In this document: piece after piece, positions 27,833-36,305 of the stretch
Position numbering within the stretch: position 1 is the first letter of the stretch
Layout of the letters: each line of letters opens with the position of its first letter
Assembly (NCBI GenBank): GCA_964641955.1
Contig: CAZXNM010000005.1
Location: forward strand, 164,066 to 228,065
DNA length: 64,000 nt
Origin: an uncultured Planctomycetota bacterium
GTDB taxonomy: Bacteria; Planctomycetota; SKW154; DAOVDS01
Reading direction: 5' to 3'
Notes under the pieces: generated by a model
Databases searched by the model: none
What the model saw: the letters and a program-made list of their open reading frames with translations, nothing else
What the model was told of the DNA's origin: nothing
Translations under genes and position numbers: made by a program

Positions 27833-29767
27833 TCATACCTCGAGTTCGCGCCTCATCTCCATGTCGTAGAGCACGCGTTCGCGCGCCTTGTCGATTCCGA
27901 GGGCGGCTCGCTTCTTGTCGATGTGCGCAATCATTTTCTGCGCCATTTCCTTGGCGTTCTCTGCGACGTCCCACATTCCGCCAAGCTCGCCCTCCAGACC
28001 CTTGAACAGGTAGTCCTGGAACTCGGGCGCGCCGCTTACCGGCAGGCCGATGCCGAAGACGGTGTAAACGCCGCTTGCGACGAAGTAGTGCCCGATGGAG
28101 ATGGCCTTCTCGCTCATCCACTCGGGAGCGGCGCCGGCGAGCGGCAGGTCGGAGATGTCTTCGCCGAGGCCGCCCTGTTCGACGACGCCCGCGGCCGCAA
28201 TCAGCAGGCGCGAGTTATCCACGCACGAGCCGCAGTGCAGGACCGGCGGGATGCCGACCGCGCGGCAGACTTCGGCGAGGCCGGGACCGGCGTATTCCTC
28301 GGCGGCTTCGGGGGTCATGAGGCCCGCCATAGCCGCCGCGATGGCCGAACAGCCGGTCTGCAGGACGAGAACGTCGTTCTTTATCAGCTCCTTGCAGACC
28401 TCGACGTGGAACTCGTTGTGCAGGGTCTTGGGGTTGCAGCAGCCGACGACGCCGGCTACCCCGCGAATCCTGCCGTTTATGATGTTTTCGTTCAGCGGCC
28501 TGTATCCGGTTCGGAAGCTGCCACCGAGCATATATATAACCGACTCGTGGGTGAAGCCGGCTACCATGTCCATCTTTTCCTTGGGGATTCTGACGCTGTC
28601 TTTCTTGCGATTCGGGAAGTTCTCGACAGCGGCCTTGACAATTGCCTTGGCCGACTCTATCGGGTTCTCTTCATTGAATTCGATATGGGTTGCGCCCGGG
28701 ATGTGTCCCTTGGGGCTGGTGGTTATGAGCTTGGTGTGGAAGCACTGCACCGTCTTCTGCAGCCCCTGCATGATGCACTGAACATCGACAATCATGGCCT
28801 CGACCGCGCCCGTGCCGATTGCAAGTTCCTGCTGCAGGAAGTTGCCGGCGATGGGAATGCCGTGGCGCATGAGTATTTCATTTGCGGTGCAGCAAATACC
28901 GCCGAGCGTGATGCCTTTGGCACCCTTTGACTCGGCGAGCTTGAGCATCTCGGGGTCCTGCGCGGCGACGACAATCATTTCCGAGAGGGCGGGCTCGTGG
29001 CCGTGAACGATGATGTTCACGGTGTCTTCCTTCAGGATGCCCAGGTTCACCATGCTGCGAAGCGGCTCGGGTGTGTTGAACAGTACGTCCTGGAGCTCGG
29101 TCGCAATCATGGAGCCGCCCCAGCCGTCGCCGATGGCGCAGCGGGTTCCCTGAACCATGAGGCTGTGGTAGTCCTGGTCAACTCCCATGTGGGTGCGGTG
29201 CATGATTTCTACTATTTCACGGTCAACCGCCCGCGGCTCAACGCCCAGTTCCTTCCATAGCTTTTGCCTCTTCTCGGGCGCGCGCTGGAGGAATTTCTGC
29301 GTCCCGTGCGGCTTGCCGAACTCGGCCAGGCAAATCTCGCCTATTTCAATTGCAATGTCCTTGATTGACTTGCCTTCGACCTCCACTCCCAGATAGCCGG
29401 CAATATCCATGAGTTTCTGCTTGTCTTTGAGTTCATAGCCGGGAATATTGCCTTTTGCCGTCTCTAGGAACACGTGCGCGACGTCCCGGCCGTGGTCCGA
29501 GTGCGCAGCGGCGCCGCCGGCAATCATGCGTACGAAATTCCTTGCCGCTATGGTGTTCGCATCAGCGCCGCATACGCCCCGGTCGGCCTTCTTCGTGATG
29601 CGGCACGGTCCCATGTAGCAAATGCGGCAGCAGATGCCCTGTTCACCGAACTTGCAGTGGGGCTTCTGCTTCGCATCCCTGTCCCAGCAGGTTTCAATGC
29701 CGCATTCGCTCATCGAGCAAATCATCTCGTGACTTGCGGCATCATAAGACTTCCGCTCCTCCGCCAT
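27833..29767 (-). CDS. acsA: Ni-dependent anaerobic carbon monoxide dehydrogenase catalytic subunit
   Basis: 644 aa with N-terminal B/D-cluster cysteines (C..C....C...C / CCRICYMGPC) and C-cluster ligands. It sits between acsB and cooC. Confidence 0.9.
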   Translation of the reverse strand: MAEERKSYDAASHEMICSMSECGIETCWDRDAKQKPHCKFGEQGICCRICYMGPCRITKKADRGVCGADANTIAARNFVRMIAGGAAAHSDHGRDVAHVFLETAKGNIPGYELKDKQKLMDIAGYLGVEVEGKSIKDIAIEIGEICLAEFGKPHGTQKFLQRAPEKRQKLWKELGVEPRAVDREIVEIMHRTHMGVDQDYHSLMVQGTRCAIGDGWGGSMIATELQDVLFNTPEPLRSMVNLGILKEDTVNIIVHGHEPALSEMIVVAAQDPEMLKLAESKGAKGITLGGICCTANEILMRHGIPIAGNFLQQELAIGTGAVEAMIVDVQCIMQGLQKTVQCFHTKLITTSPKGHIPGATHIEFNEENPIESAKAIVKAAVENFPNRKKDSVRIPKEKMDMVAGFTHESVIYMLGGSFRTGYRPLNENIINGRIRGVAGVVGCCNPKTLHNEFHVEVCKELIKNDVLVLQTGCSAIAAAMAGLMTPEAAEEYAGPGLAEVCRAVGIPPVLHCGSCVDNSRLLIAAAGVVEQGGLGEDISDLPLAGAAPEWMSEKAISIGHYFVASGVYTVFGIGLPVSGAPEFQDYLFKGLEGELGGMWDVAENAKEMAQKMIAHIDKKRAALGIDKARERVLYDMEMRRELEV

Positions 29768-29771
29768 GCTG

Positions 29772-30557
29772 CTACTCCTTTCCTGCTTCGTGCAAAGAGG
29801 TTACCAGTTTTTCGTAAATTGCCTCGACATCCCTGACCACGCCTTCAGACGCGTCGTAAGGTGAAATCCCGTCGAGGTCCGATTTAAAGGCAGCTTCGTC
29901 ATAGTGCATGGCCCCGAGCACGTTCATGTCTTCGAGGTGCCCGGTAACCTGCTTTTCCTCTTCGGAGCTGCGCACCTTGTTGATTACGACCATTACCCGC
30001 TTGATGCCTATCTGTCCGGCGAGGGCTTCTATCCTGCGGGCCGTGTCAATGCTGTGGCGTCCCGGTTCTATCACCACTATCAGGGCGTCGATGCCCATCA
30101 CGGTGGCGCGGCCGAGGTGCTCTATGCCGGCCTCCATGTCCACGATAACGACTTCGTCGCGCTGGAGCACGAGATGGTTCAGGAGCGCCTTCAGGAAAAC
30201 GTTCTCCGGGCAGGCGCAGCCGCCTCCCCCTATCTGAACGGCGCCGAGCACCAGCACCTTCACACCGCCGTGCTCCACGTAGAACTTGTCCGGTATGTCG
30301 GACACGGTGGGGTTGAGCTTGAAAAACACGCCGTAGCCGCTTTTCCCCGCTTCCGTGCGCTCCCTTATCATGTCGCGCATGTAGGCGAGCGGGACGATCT
30401 CCGTGTCCGCCGAGACCCCGACCGCCGAAGCGAGGTTGGCGTCCGGGTCCGCGTCTATGGCGAACACCTTCATTCCCCTCGACGACAGCAGGCGTGCAAG
30501 CACTGCGGAAAAGGTGGTCTTGCCGACGCCGCCCTTTCCGGACACCGCGATTTTCAA
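29772..30557 (-). CDS. cooC: CODH nickel-insertion accessory ATPase CooC (second paralog, with CxC motif)
   Basis: GKGGVGKTT Walker A and the conserved GCACPE (CxC) metal-binding motif of CooC. Apparent TTG start. Confidence 0.8.
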   Translation of the reverse strand: MKIAVSGKGGVGKTTFSAVLARLLSSRGMKVFAIDADPDANLASAVGVSADTEIVPLAYMRDMIRERTEAGKSGYGVFFKLNPTVSDIPDKFYVEHGGVKVLVLGAVQIGGGGCACPENVFLKALLNHLVLQRDEVVIVDMEAGIEHLGRATVMGIDALIVVIEPGRHSIDTARRIEALAGQIGIKRVMVVINKVRSSEEEKQVTGHLEDMNVLGAMHYDEAAFKSDLDGISPYDASEGVVRDVEAIYEKLVTSLHEAGKE

Positions 30558-30579
30558 CTCAAGCCTCGTGCAAAGATTA

Positions 30580-31053
30580 TTATCGTCTGCGCTTCTGTTT
30601 TGGTCCGCGCTTCTTCCCGGCGGGTCCTACGGGTCCCCTGCATTTCGAGCACAGGCCCCGGAACTCCACATGGTAGTCTTCTATGTCAAAATGCTTCCTG
30701 ATTTCCGCGGGCACCTGCAGATTTGCAAGGTAGTCTCTGGGCACATCCACGATCATGCCGCACTTCCTGCAGATGAGGTGCTGGTGAACCCCGGTGTTGG
30801 GGTCGTATCTCGTGCAGCGCGGGTCTATGGTGAGCTTGCGTATCTCGCCCAGCCTGTGCAGGGCATCCAGGGTGGAGTAGACGGTGGAGTAAGAAGTCGA
30901 GGGGAACCTTTTTCGCACTTCGTGCAGTATTTCATCCGCGCTCGGGTGGCGCTTGTTGTGTTGGAGAATCTCGATAATCTCCAGGCGCTGGGGGGTCACC
31001 TTCAAGCCAGTGTCCCTGAATCGCTCCAGTACATCCTCGATTTCGTTCATCAC
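30580..31053 (-). CDS. Fur-family metal-responsive transcriptional regulator
   Basis: VTPQRLEIIEIL winged helix, HHHLIC..C and C..C metal sites; basic C-terminal tail. It heads the CODH/ACS cluster. Confidence 0.8.
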   Translation of the reverse strand: MMNEIEDVLERFRDTGLKVTPQRLEIIEILQHNKRHPSADEILHEVRKRFPSTSYSTVYSTLDALHRLGEIRKLTIDPRCTRYDPNTGVHQHLICRKCGMIVDVPRDYLANLQVPAEIRKHFDIEDYHVEFRGLCSKCRGPVGPAGKKRGPKQKRRR

Positions 31054-31263
31054 GGCTGTTCCTGACAGGGCACTATTTCAAGAACGAAAATTTTACATCC
31101 GCGGGCGGGTTTCATCAATATTAATCAGCGCCATCGCTCATATTTTGCGGTTCGGGCGGCGAAAATGGCATCTTGTTCCCGGATGAGCCTGGATACGGTC
31201 GGGCCGGCGCTGAAATCCTCAGACTTCCCTCGTAAGTTTCCGCAGAGCAGGGTTCTCGAAGAT

Positions 31264-32592
31264 TTAAAGTCCTGCTGGTTCGACGGCCATACCCTCTTCG
31301 AGGTCGGCGGGCGGCGCGATAATCACGACGGCGTTTTCGGAGAGGCCGGAAACCGCTTCATAGAAATCTTCGCCCTCGATGCCGATTTCTATTTCCGCGA
31401 GTGCGGCCTTCCCGTCTTTGACGACGAATACGTGGCGCCTGCCGCCGGACTTGAACACGGCTCTTTCGGGCACGCGCAGCACGCCCTTCTTTTCGTCCGT
31501 GATGATCCTGACATCGACCCCGTAAACCGGACCGAGCCCGAGGCTCGAATTGTCGAAGCTGCAGATTACGCCGACTCTTTCCTGTTCCACGCCGAGAGTG
31601 GACCTTTTCAGGAAACCCGTCGGAAGTATGCGGTCAACCTTGCCCTCTACCGTTCCGCCGCCGAGGACTTCACCGGAGAGAACGACTTTCAGCCCCGGTT
31701 TCACCCTTGAGACTTCGTCCGTGAGGAGTTCCACGTTCAGCTCGATGCTCTTGGGGTCACCGATGAGGAAGAGCGGAGTTCCCGCTGACATCGCGGCGCC
31801 GCCGTGGGAGTGGCGCTCGAGAATGACGCCTTCTACGGGGGAAACAATGGAGGCCTTTTTCTTGTCATCCCTGAGCTTCGCGAGCCTGTTCTCCATCGCC
31901 TTTATCTGGGCCTCGTAGGCTTCTCTCTGGTATTCGTTCTCATCGATGTATTCGGTCAGGAGGGCCAGCGAGGCTTTCGCCGTCTCGACCCGGAGCTTCG
32001 CAATCTCGACCATCTGGCGCTGCTGCTCGAGAGCCGCCCGGGCGCCGAGGTACGCGTCTTTTTTCGCCCTGAGCTGCATTTCGCTTACAATCTTGTTGTC
32101 GAAAAGGCCCTTATCGTTTTCATAGACCCATTTGGCGGTTTCCGCGGCGCTCTCCAGCGAGGGCAGCAGCCCGTTTGCCGATTCGAGCTGCAGTTCGGCG
32201 ATTTTCACCGCCTTGCGGGCGCTTTCCTTCGCTTCCTTTTTCGGTTTGGCGGCATCGACGCTCTTTATCGTGGCCTTGATGCGGTTTATCTCCTCCTGCG
32301 CCTCCGCGATTGCGGTGCTGTAAGGAATGTTTTCGACCTCGGCCAGCACCTGACCCTTCTTCACGGAGTTTCCTTCTTCGACACTTATCGGGAGAACATA
32401 GCCCGGGACGAGCACTGAGACAGTGTACTCGTTTCTGTATCTCGTCCTGCCCCTTTCCTCGATGTATTCGACGATATCGCCTTTCTTGACCGCGACGGCA
32501 TCGACAATTCTTGGGGCATTCGCCTTGAGCGAAGCATACGCCGCTATAAGCACGATTAAGACGGCTGCTATGATAATATACCTGAGCTTCAT
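31264..32592 (-). CDS. HlyD-family periplasmic adaptor (membrane fusion protein) of the ABC efflux system
   Basis: N-terminal TM helix, a long coiled-coil region and a C-terminal beta-barrel/lipoyl-like fold pattern. Confidence 0.75.
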   Translation of the reverse strand: MKLRYIIIAAVLIVLIAAYASLKANAPRIVDAVAVKKGDIVEYIEERGRTRYRNEYTVSVLVPGYVLPISVEEGNSVKKGQVLAEVENIPYSTAIAEAQEEINRIKATIKSVDAAKPKKEAKESARKAVKIAELQLESANGLLPSLESAAETAKWVYENDKGLFDNKIVSEMQLRAKKDAYLGARAALEQQRQMVEIAKLRVETAKASLALLTEYIDENEYQREAYEAQIKAMENRLAKLRDDKKKASIVSPVEGVILERHSHGGAAMSAGTPLFLIGDPKSIELNVELLTDEVSRVKPGLKVVLSGEVLGGGTVEGKVDRILPTGFLKRSTLGVEQERVGVICSFDNSSLGLGPVYGVDVRIITDEKKGVLRVPERAVFKSGGRRHVFVVKDGKAALAEIEIGIEGEDFYEAVSGLSENAVVIIAPPADLEEGMAVEPAGL

Positions 32593-32616
32593 CTCTGTAC
32601 CTCCTCCGCGTCGAGT

Positions 32617-35010
32617 TTATTCCCTCGTTTTAAGTACCTGGACCATGTCGAGCTTCTCGATTTTCCTGTATGAGAACCAGTTCGCAATAAGCACGAAGAC
32701 GAATGCGACGACAGCCGCGATAAAGATGCTCAAAGGATAGATAATAGCCGGGAAGCGGTACAGGTCGGTGTTGTAAAGGCTGAATATCATGCTGCCGGTA
32801 AGCACGCCGACCGGTATTCCGAGGCCGATTCCGACGAAGGCGATAAGGAGATTCTCGTTGAAGACGATTCCAGCTACCTCTGAAGCCGAAAGTCCGATGA
32901 CTCTCAGGGAAGCGAGTTCGCGCTGGCGCTCCGAAATCGAGACCGTCGTCATTGTAAAGATAATGGAAAAGGATATCAGGCCGGCGAAAATCAACATCGT
33001 TATCGTCGATATGTACATGCTCGATTGTATGGTCTCCTCGAACGCGTTTATCTGCCGGGACTTGGGCTGGATGGAAGCCACTGCCGGATAGTCCTTGACC
33101 GTTTTTTCGAGATTCGGGACCGAGCCGCGTTCGACGGTCAGAAGCGCCCCGTTGGCGACTTCCTGCTCTCCGAGAAGCCGCGACAGGGAGCCTATCTCCA
33201 TGAACGCCAGCAGCCCGAAGTAGCCTTCGACTATACTTGTTACCGCGACTTGTTTTTCCTTCTTTTTTCCTATGAGCGGCTTTATTTCGAGAACGTCGCC
33301 CAGTTTCACGGAGAGCGTTTCCGAGACCCTCTTGCCTATCATGATACCATCTTCGGGCACTTCGACCCGGCCCCTTTCGACATCTATCACATCTCTCATT
33401 TTCGAGCCGCGCCGCAGGCCCGTTATGGCGAGTGATTTTTTTCGCCAGCCTTTCCGCAGCTCGACAGGCACCTCGAGAATCGGCTCCGCATCGTGTACTT
33501 GCGGGAGATGCTCGAGTTCCCGGCAGCTCGACGCCGTCTTTTCGTTGGAAAAGTTGATTCTCACATCTTCCTTCTGGACGCGCTCGAACTGGTGCCTGAT
33601 GAGATAGTCGAGGGCATCGAACGTCATGAAGCCGATAAGCAGAATCATCGTGGAGAGTACTATTCCGAGCACGGCGAAGGATGCCCTGATTTTGTGCCGC
33701 CCGAGGTTTCTGGAAATCATCTTCCACCTGAACGGGACCATGCGCCAGATGAAACCTATTCTCTCGAGAATTATGCGCTTGCCCGTCGCGGGAGGCTTCT
33801 GGCGCAGGGCCGCCGCGGGCGTCAGCCGCAGGAGGCTCCTTATCGCCACCAGCCCGCCTCCGAGCGAGAATGACAGCCCGAAGGCGAAGCCAATAATGAT
33901 GACATCCGGGTCTGCCTTTACGACGAGTTCGGGAAATGAATAGAACTGCCTGTAGAGCGAGGCGATAAGGCCGGCGAAATAGTACCCGAGCATCAGGCCG
34001 CCCGCCGTTCCTGCGATTCCCACTACAAGGCTGAACGACAGGTAGTGGAGGACGAGCCTGACCCGCGTGTACCCGAGCGCCATGAGCGTGCCGACCTCGG
34101 TGCGCTGGTTCTTCACGAGCCGGGACAGCATTATCATTATCACCACTGCGGCGACCGCGAGGAATATCGAGGGCGTGATGTTGGCCGAAGCCTCGTTTCC
34201 CGTTATCTCGTCGGTGACCATGCGGTGCGAAATGTTGTCGTCGCGTTCGAGCCCCCACATGTAACCGTAGGCGGAGAATATTTTCTCGGCCTTGTTGATA
34301 AGGCCCGTCGCATCGGCGTCCTTGTCGAGGGCCGCTATTATGTTGTTGGACGCGCCCTGGAAGTCCAGCGCCTGCTCCGCGAAGTCCCTCGGCACCCAGA
34401 GAATGCCGAAGTTCTTCGGGTTGGGAAAGAAATCCTGCGCGCTCTGTATCGTGTAGATGTATTCCGGGCTTCGGGCGATTCCGACGACCTTCAGGCGCTC
34501 CTTGCTGTCGTTCAGTGTCGCATGGAACTCCGACCCGACCGAGAGCGAGCGCGCTTCCGCGAACTTCGCGTTGATAATGACCTGGGCCTCGTTCGAGCTG
34601 GTGAAGTAGCTCCCCTTTTCGATGTGGAGGTCCAGCAGCCCCGTCCGGGGCGCCTTGCCGGAGGAATCGCGCGGGTTCGGCATCGAGACAATCCTGCCGG
34701 TTATCGTCTCTTCGCCTTCGGCTATGTCTACCGGGACATCGAAGACTATCCTGCCCCTCGTCCGGCTCACGCCGTCAAGCCTGCCGAATTTCCTGACCGC
34801 GTTGTCCGGCGCCTTTTCGACGTAAATCCACAGGTCCGCCATGCCGTAACGGCTGTAGTACGAATCGCGGGATGCCTTCAGGCTGTGGACGGAGCCGCGG
34901 GTGGTGCCGAGAGCCGTTATGCCGGAGAGAATGACGAGCGTGACGGCAAGGAACTGCGGCCAGTGCTCGACGAGGTCCCGGTACATTTTTTTCGTGAGTA
35001 TGCTCACCAC
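32617..35010 (-). CDS. ABC transporter permease, duplicated FtsX/MacB-type (~800 aa)
   Basis: Two FtsX-like 4-TM modules separated by large periplasmic domains. The start overlaps the ATPase stop. Confidence 0.8.
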   Translation of the reverse strand: MVSILTKKMYRDLVEHWPQFLAVTLVILSGITALGTTRGSVHSLKASRDSYYSRYGMADLWIYVEKAPDNAVRKFGRLDGVSRTRGRIVFDVPVDIAEGEETITGRIVSMPNPRDSSGKAPRTGLLDLHIEKGSYFTSSNEAQVIINAKFAEARSLSVGSEFHATLNDSKERLKVVGIARSPEYIYTIQSAQDFFPNPKNFGILWVPRDFAEQALDFQGASNNIIAALDKDADATGLINKAEKIFSAYGYMWGLERDDNISHRMVTDEITGNEASANITPSIFLAVAAVVIMIMLSRLVKNQRTEVGTLMALGYTRVRLVLHYLSFSLVVGIAGTAGGLMLGYYFAGLIASLYRQFYSFPELVVKADPDVIIIGFAFGLSFSLGGGLVAIRSLLRLTPAAALRQKPPATGKRIILERIGFIWRMVPFRWKMISRNLGRHKIRASFAVLGIVLSTMILLIGFMTFDALDYLIRHQFERVQKEDVRINFSNEKTASSCRELEHLPQVHDAEPILEVPVELRKGWRKKSLAITGLRRGSKMRDVIDVERGRVEVPEDGIMIGKRVSETLSVKLGDVLEIKPLIGKKKEKQVAVTSIVEGYFGLLAFMEIGSLSRLLGEQEVANGALLTVERGSVPNLEKTVKDYPAVASIQPKSRQINAFEETIQSSMYISTITMLIFAGLISFSIIFTMTTVSISERQRELASLRVIGLSASEVAGIVFNENLLIAFVGIGLGIPVGVLTGSMIFSLYNTDLYRFPAIIYPLSIFIAAVVAFVFVLIANWFSYRKIEKLDMVQVLKTRE

Positions 35011-35738
35011 TCGATATCCGAAGAGGATTTTCTCGTCTCGTTCTCTATTACGTCTGATATCCTGCCCGAACGCAGCCGGAAGACCCTGTCGGCCATGCTT
35101 CCTATGGGCGCGTTATGGGTTATCACCATCAGGGTCTTCTTCATTTCCCTGTTCACCTTTTCCAGAAGCTCGAGAATGAGCTTGCCCGTCTCGTAGTCCA
35201 GGGCGCCGGTCGGCTCGTCGCACAGGACGAGACTGGGATTCTTGGCGAGCGCGCGCGCGATTGCGACCCGCTGCTGCTCGCCTCCCGACATTTGTGATGG
35301 GAAGTGGTCCGCCCGCTCGCCGAGGTTCACGGCATCCAGCAGCATGTCCACGTCCATCGGGTCGGGCGAAATCTCCGCCGAAAGCTCGACGTTCTCCCGG
35401 GCCGTCAGGTTGGGGACAAGGTTGTAGAACTGGAAGACGAAGCCTATCTCCTTCCTGCGGTACTCGGTCAGCCTGCCGGGCGAATACGAGGAAATTTCCC
35501 TGTCCTCGAACCAGAACCTGCCCGAGGTCGGGGTCTCCATGCCGCCCAGCATGTTCAGCAGCGTGCTCTTCCCGCTGCCCGAAGGGCCGAGCACGACGAT
35601 GAACTCGCCTTGCCTGACGTCGAACGTGACCCCGCGAAGCGCCCGCACCGTCACCTCGCCTACCCGGTAGTTCTTGGTCAGGTCCTGCGCCCTTATCAGA
35701 AGGCCGCTCTCGACCGAAGCTGATGTTTCGTTTGCCAT
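35004..35738 (-). CDS. ABC transporter ATP-binding protein (MacB/LolD-type)
   Basis: Walker [10 protein letters not shown], signature LSGGEQQR and Walker [18 protein letters not shown]. Confidence 0.9.
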   Translation of the reverse strand: MANETSASVESGLLIRAQDLTKNYRVGEVTVRALRGVTFDVRQGEFIVVLGPSGSGKSTLLNMLGGMETPTSGRFWFEDREISSYSPGRLTEYRRKEIGFVFQFYNLVPNLTARENVELSAEISPDPMDVDMLLDAVNLGERADHFPSQMSGGEQQRVAIARALAKNPSLVLCDEPTGALDYETGKLILELLEKVNREMKKTLMVITHNAPIGSMADRVFRLRSGRISDVIENETRKSSSDIEW

Positions 35739-35967
35739 CTTGGCTCCTCGACGCTTTCAGGAATCGTTTCCGACAGGATAGCTTAGCGAACCGCATCGGG
35801 CTATGCAAACTGTTTGGCGCATTTCGCCGGGCATTTGCATTTCCGGGACCGGATTGCGCGCAAAAATTTGTACAGGATGCAGGCTTGAGGCACAGCAGAA
35901 GCGCAGCCGGAAAAGCAGTGAATGGCAAGTTGAAAGTAGAACAGGGGAGCATCGGGCTGGAACTTGG

Positions 35968-35993
35968 ATGATGATATGGCGCCATATCATCAT
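35968..35993. repeat. 26-bp perfect palindrome ATGATGATATGGCGCCATATCATCAT
   Basis: Its reverse complement is identical. It lies in the intergenic region between the ABC ATPase start and the beta-helix gene. Confidence 0.9.
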
Positions 35994-36006
35994 ATAGCTG
36001 CAGTGG

Positions 36007-36177
36007 CTCCGCGCGGTATACTGCGCCCATCCCGCCTTTGCCCAGCCTTCCAATGATGCGGTAGCCCTTGATGGAAACGTCGCCCACCAGAGCCGCTTCG
36101 TCGCCGGGTTTGTCGAGCGGGACGAAGGTTGCCTGCACATCCTCGAGAATCATGGTGCAGGCCCGGCAGAGTGACAT
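36007..36177 (-). pseudogene. remnant of a Ser/Thr protein kinase N-terminus (Hanks subdomain I only)
   Basis: Minus-strand frame MSLCRACTMILEDVQ...IKGYRIIGRLGKGGMGAVYRAE carries a typical kinase glycine loop, but there is no VAIK/catalytic region. The frame runs into the 26-bp palindrome, and less than 270 nt remain before the next gene. Confidence 0.35.
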
Positions 36178-36305
36178 ATCAGCTTGCGCGCAGGACTTCA
36201 TTTTTGGGAGAAAACCACCTCTGCAGGTTGACTCGTGCAACATTGCCTCGTATACTTGAGCAGTGCACATGCCATGACCTTCTCAGGTGTTCGGGAGGAA
36301 ACAGC

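Noticed and set aside
31054-31263. Fur box upstream of the Fur-family gene
   Set aside because: An AT-rich stretch (TTCATCAATATTAATCAG) is present, but no convincing 19-bp GATAATGATAATCATTATC-like palindrome could be aligned by eye. It is left uncalled.
35113-36270. 385-aa minus-strand ORF proposed by the ORF track
   Set aside because: Most of it overlaps the ABC ATPase gene in another frame. Only the first ~57 codons (kinase glycine-loop fragment) look genuine, so it is reported instead as a pseudogene remnant.
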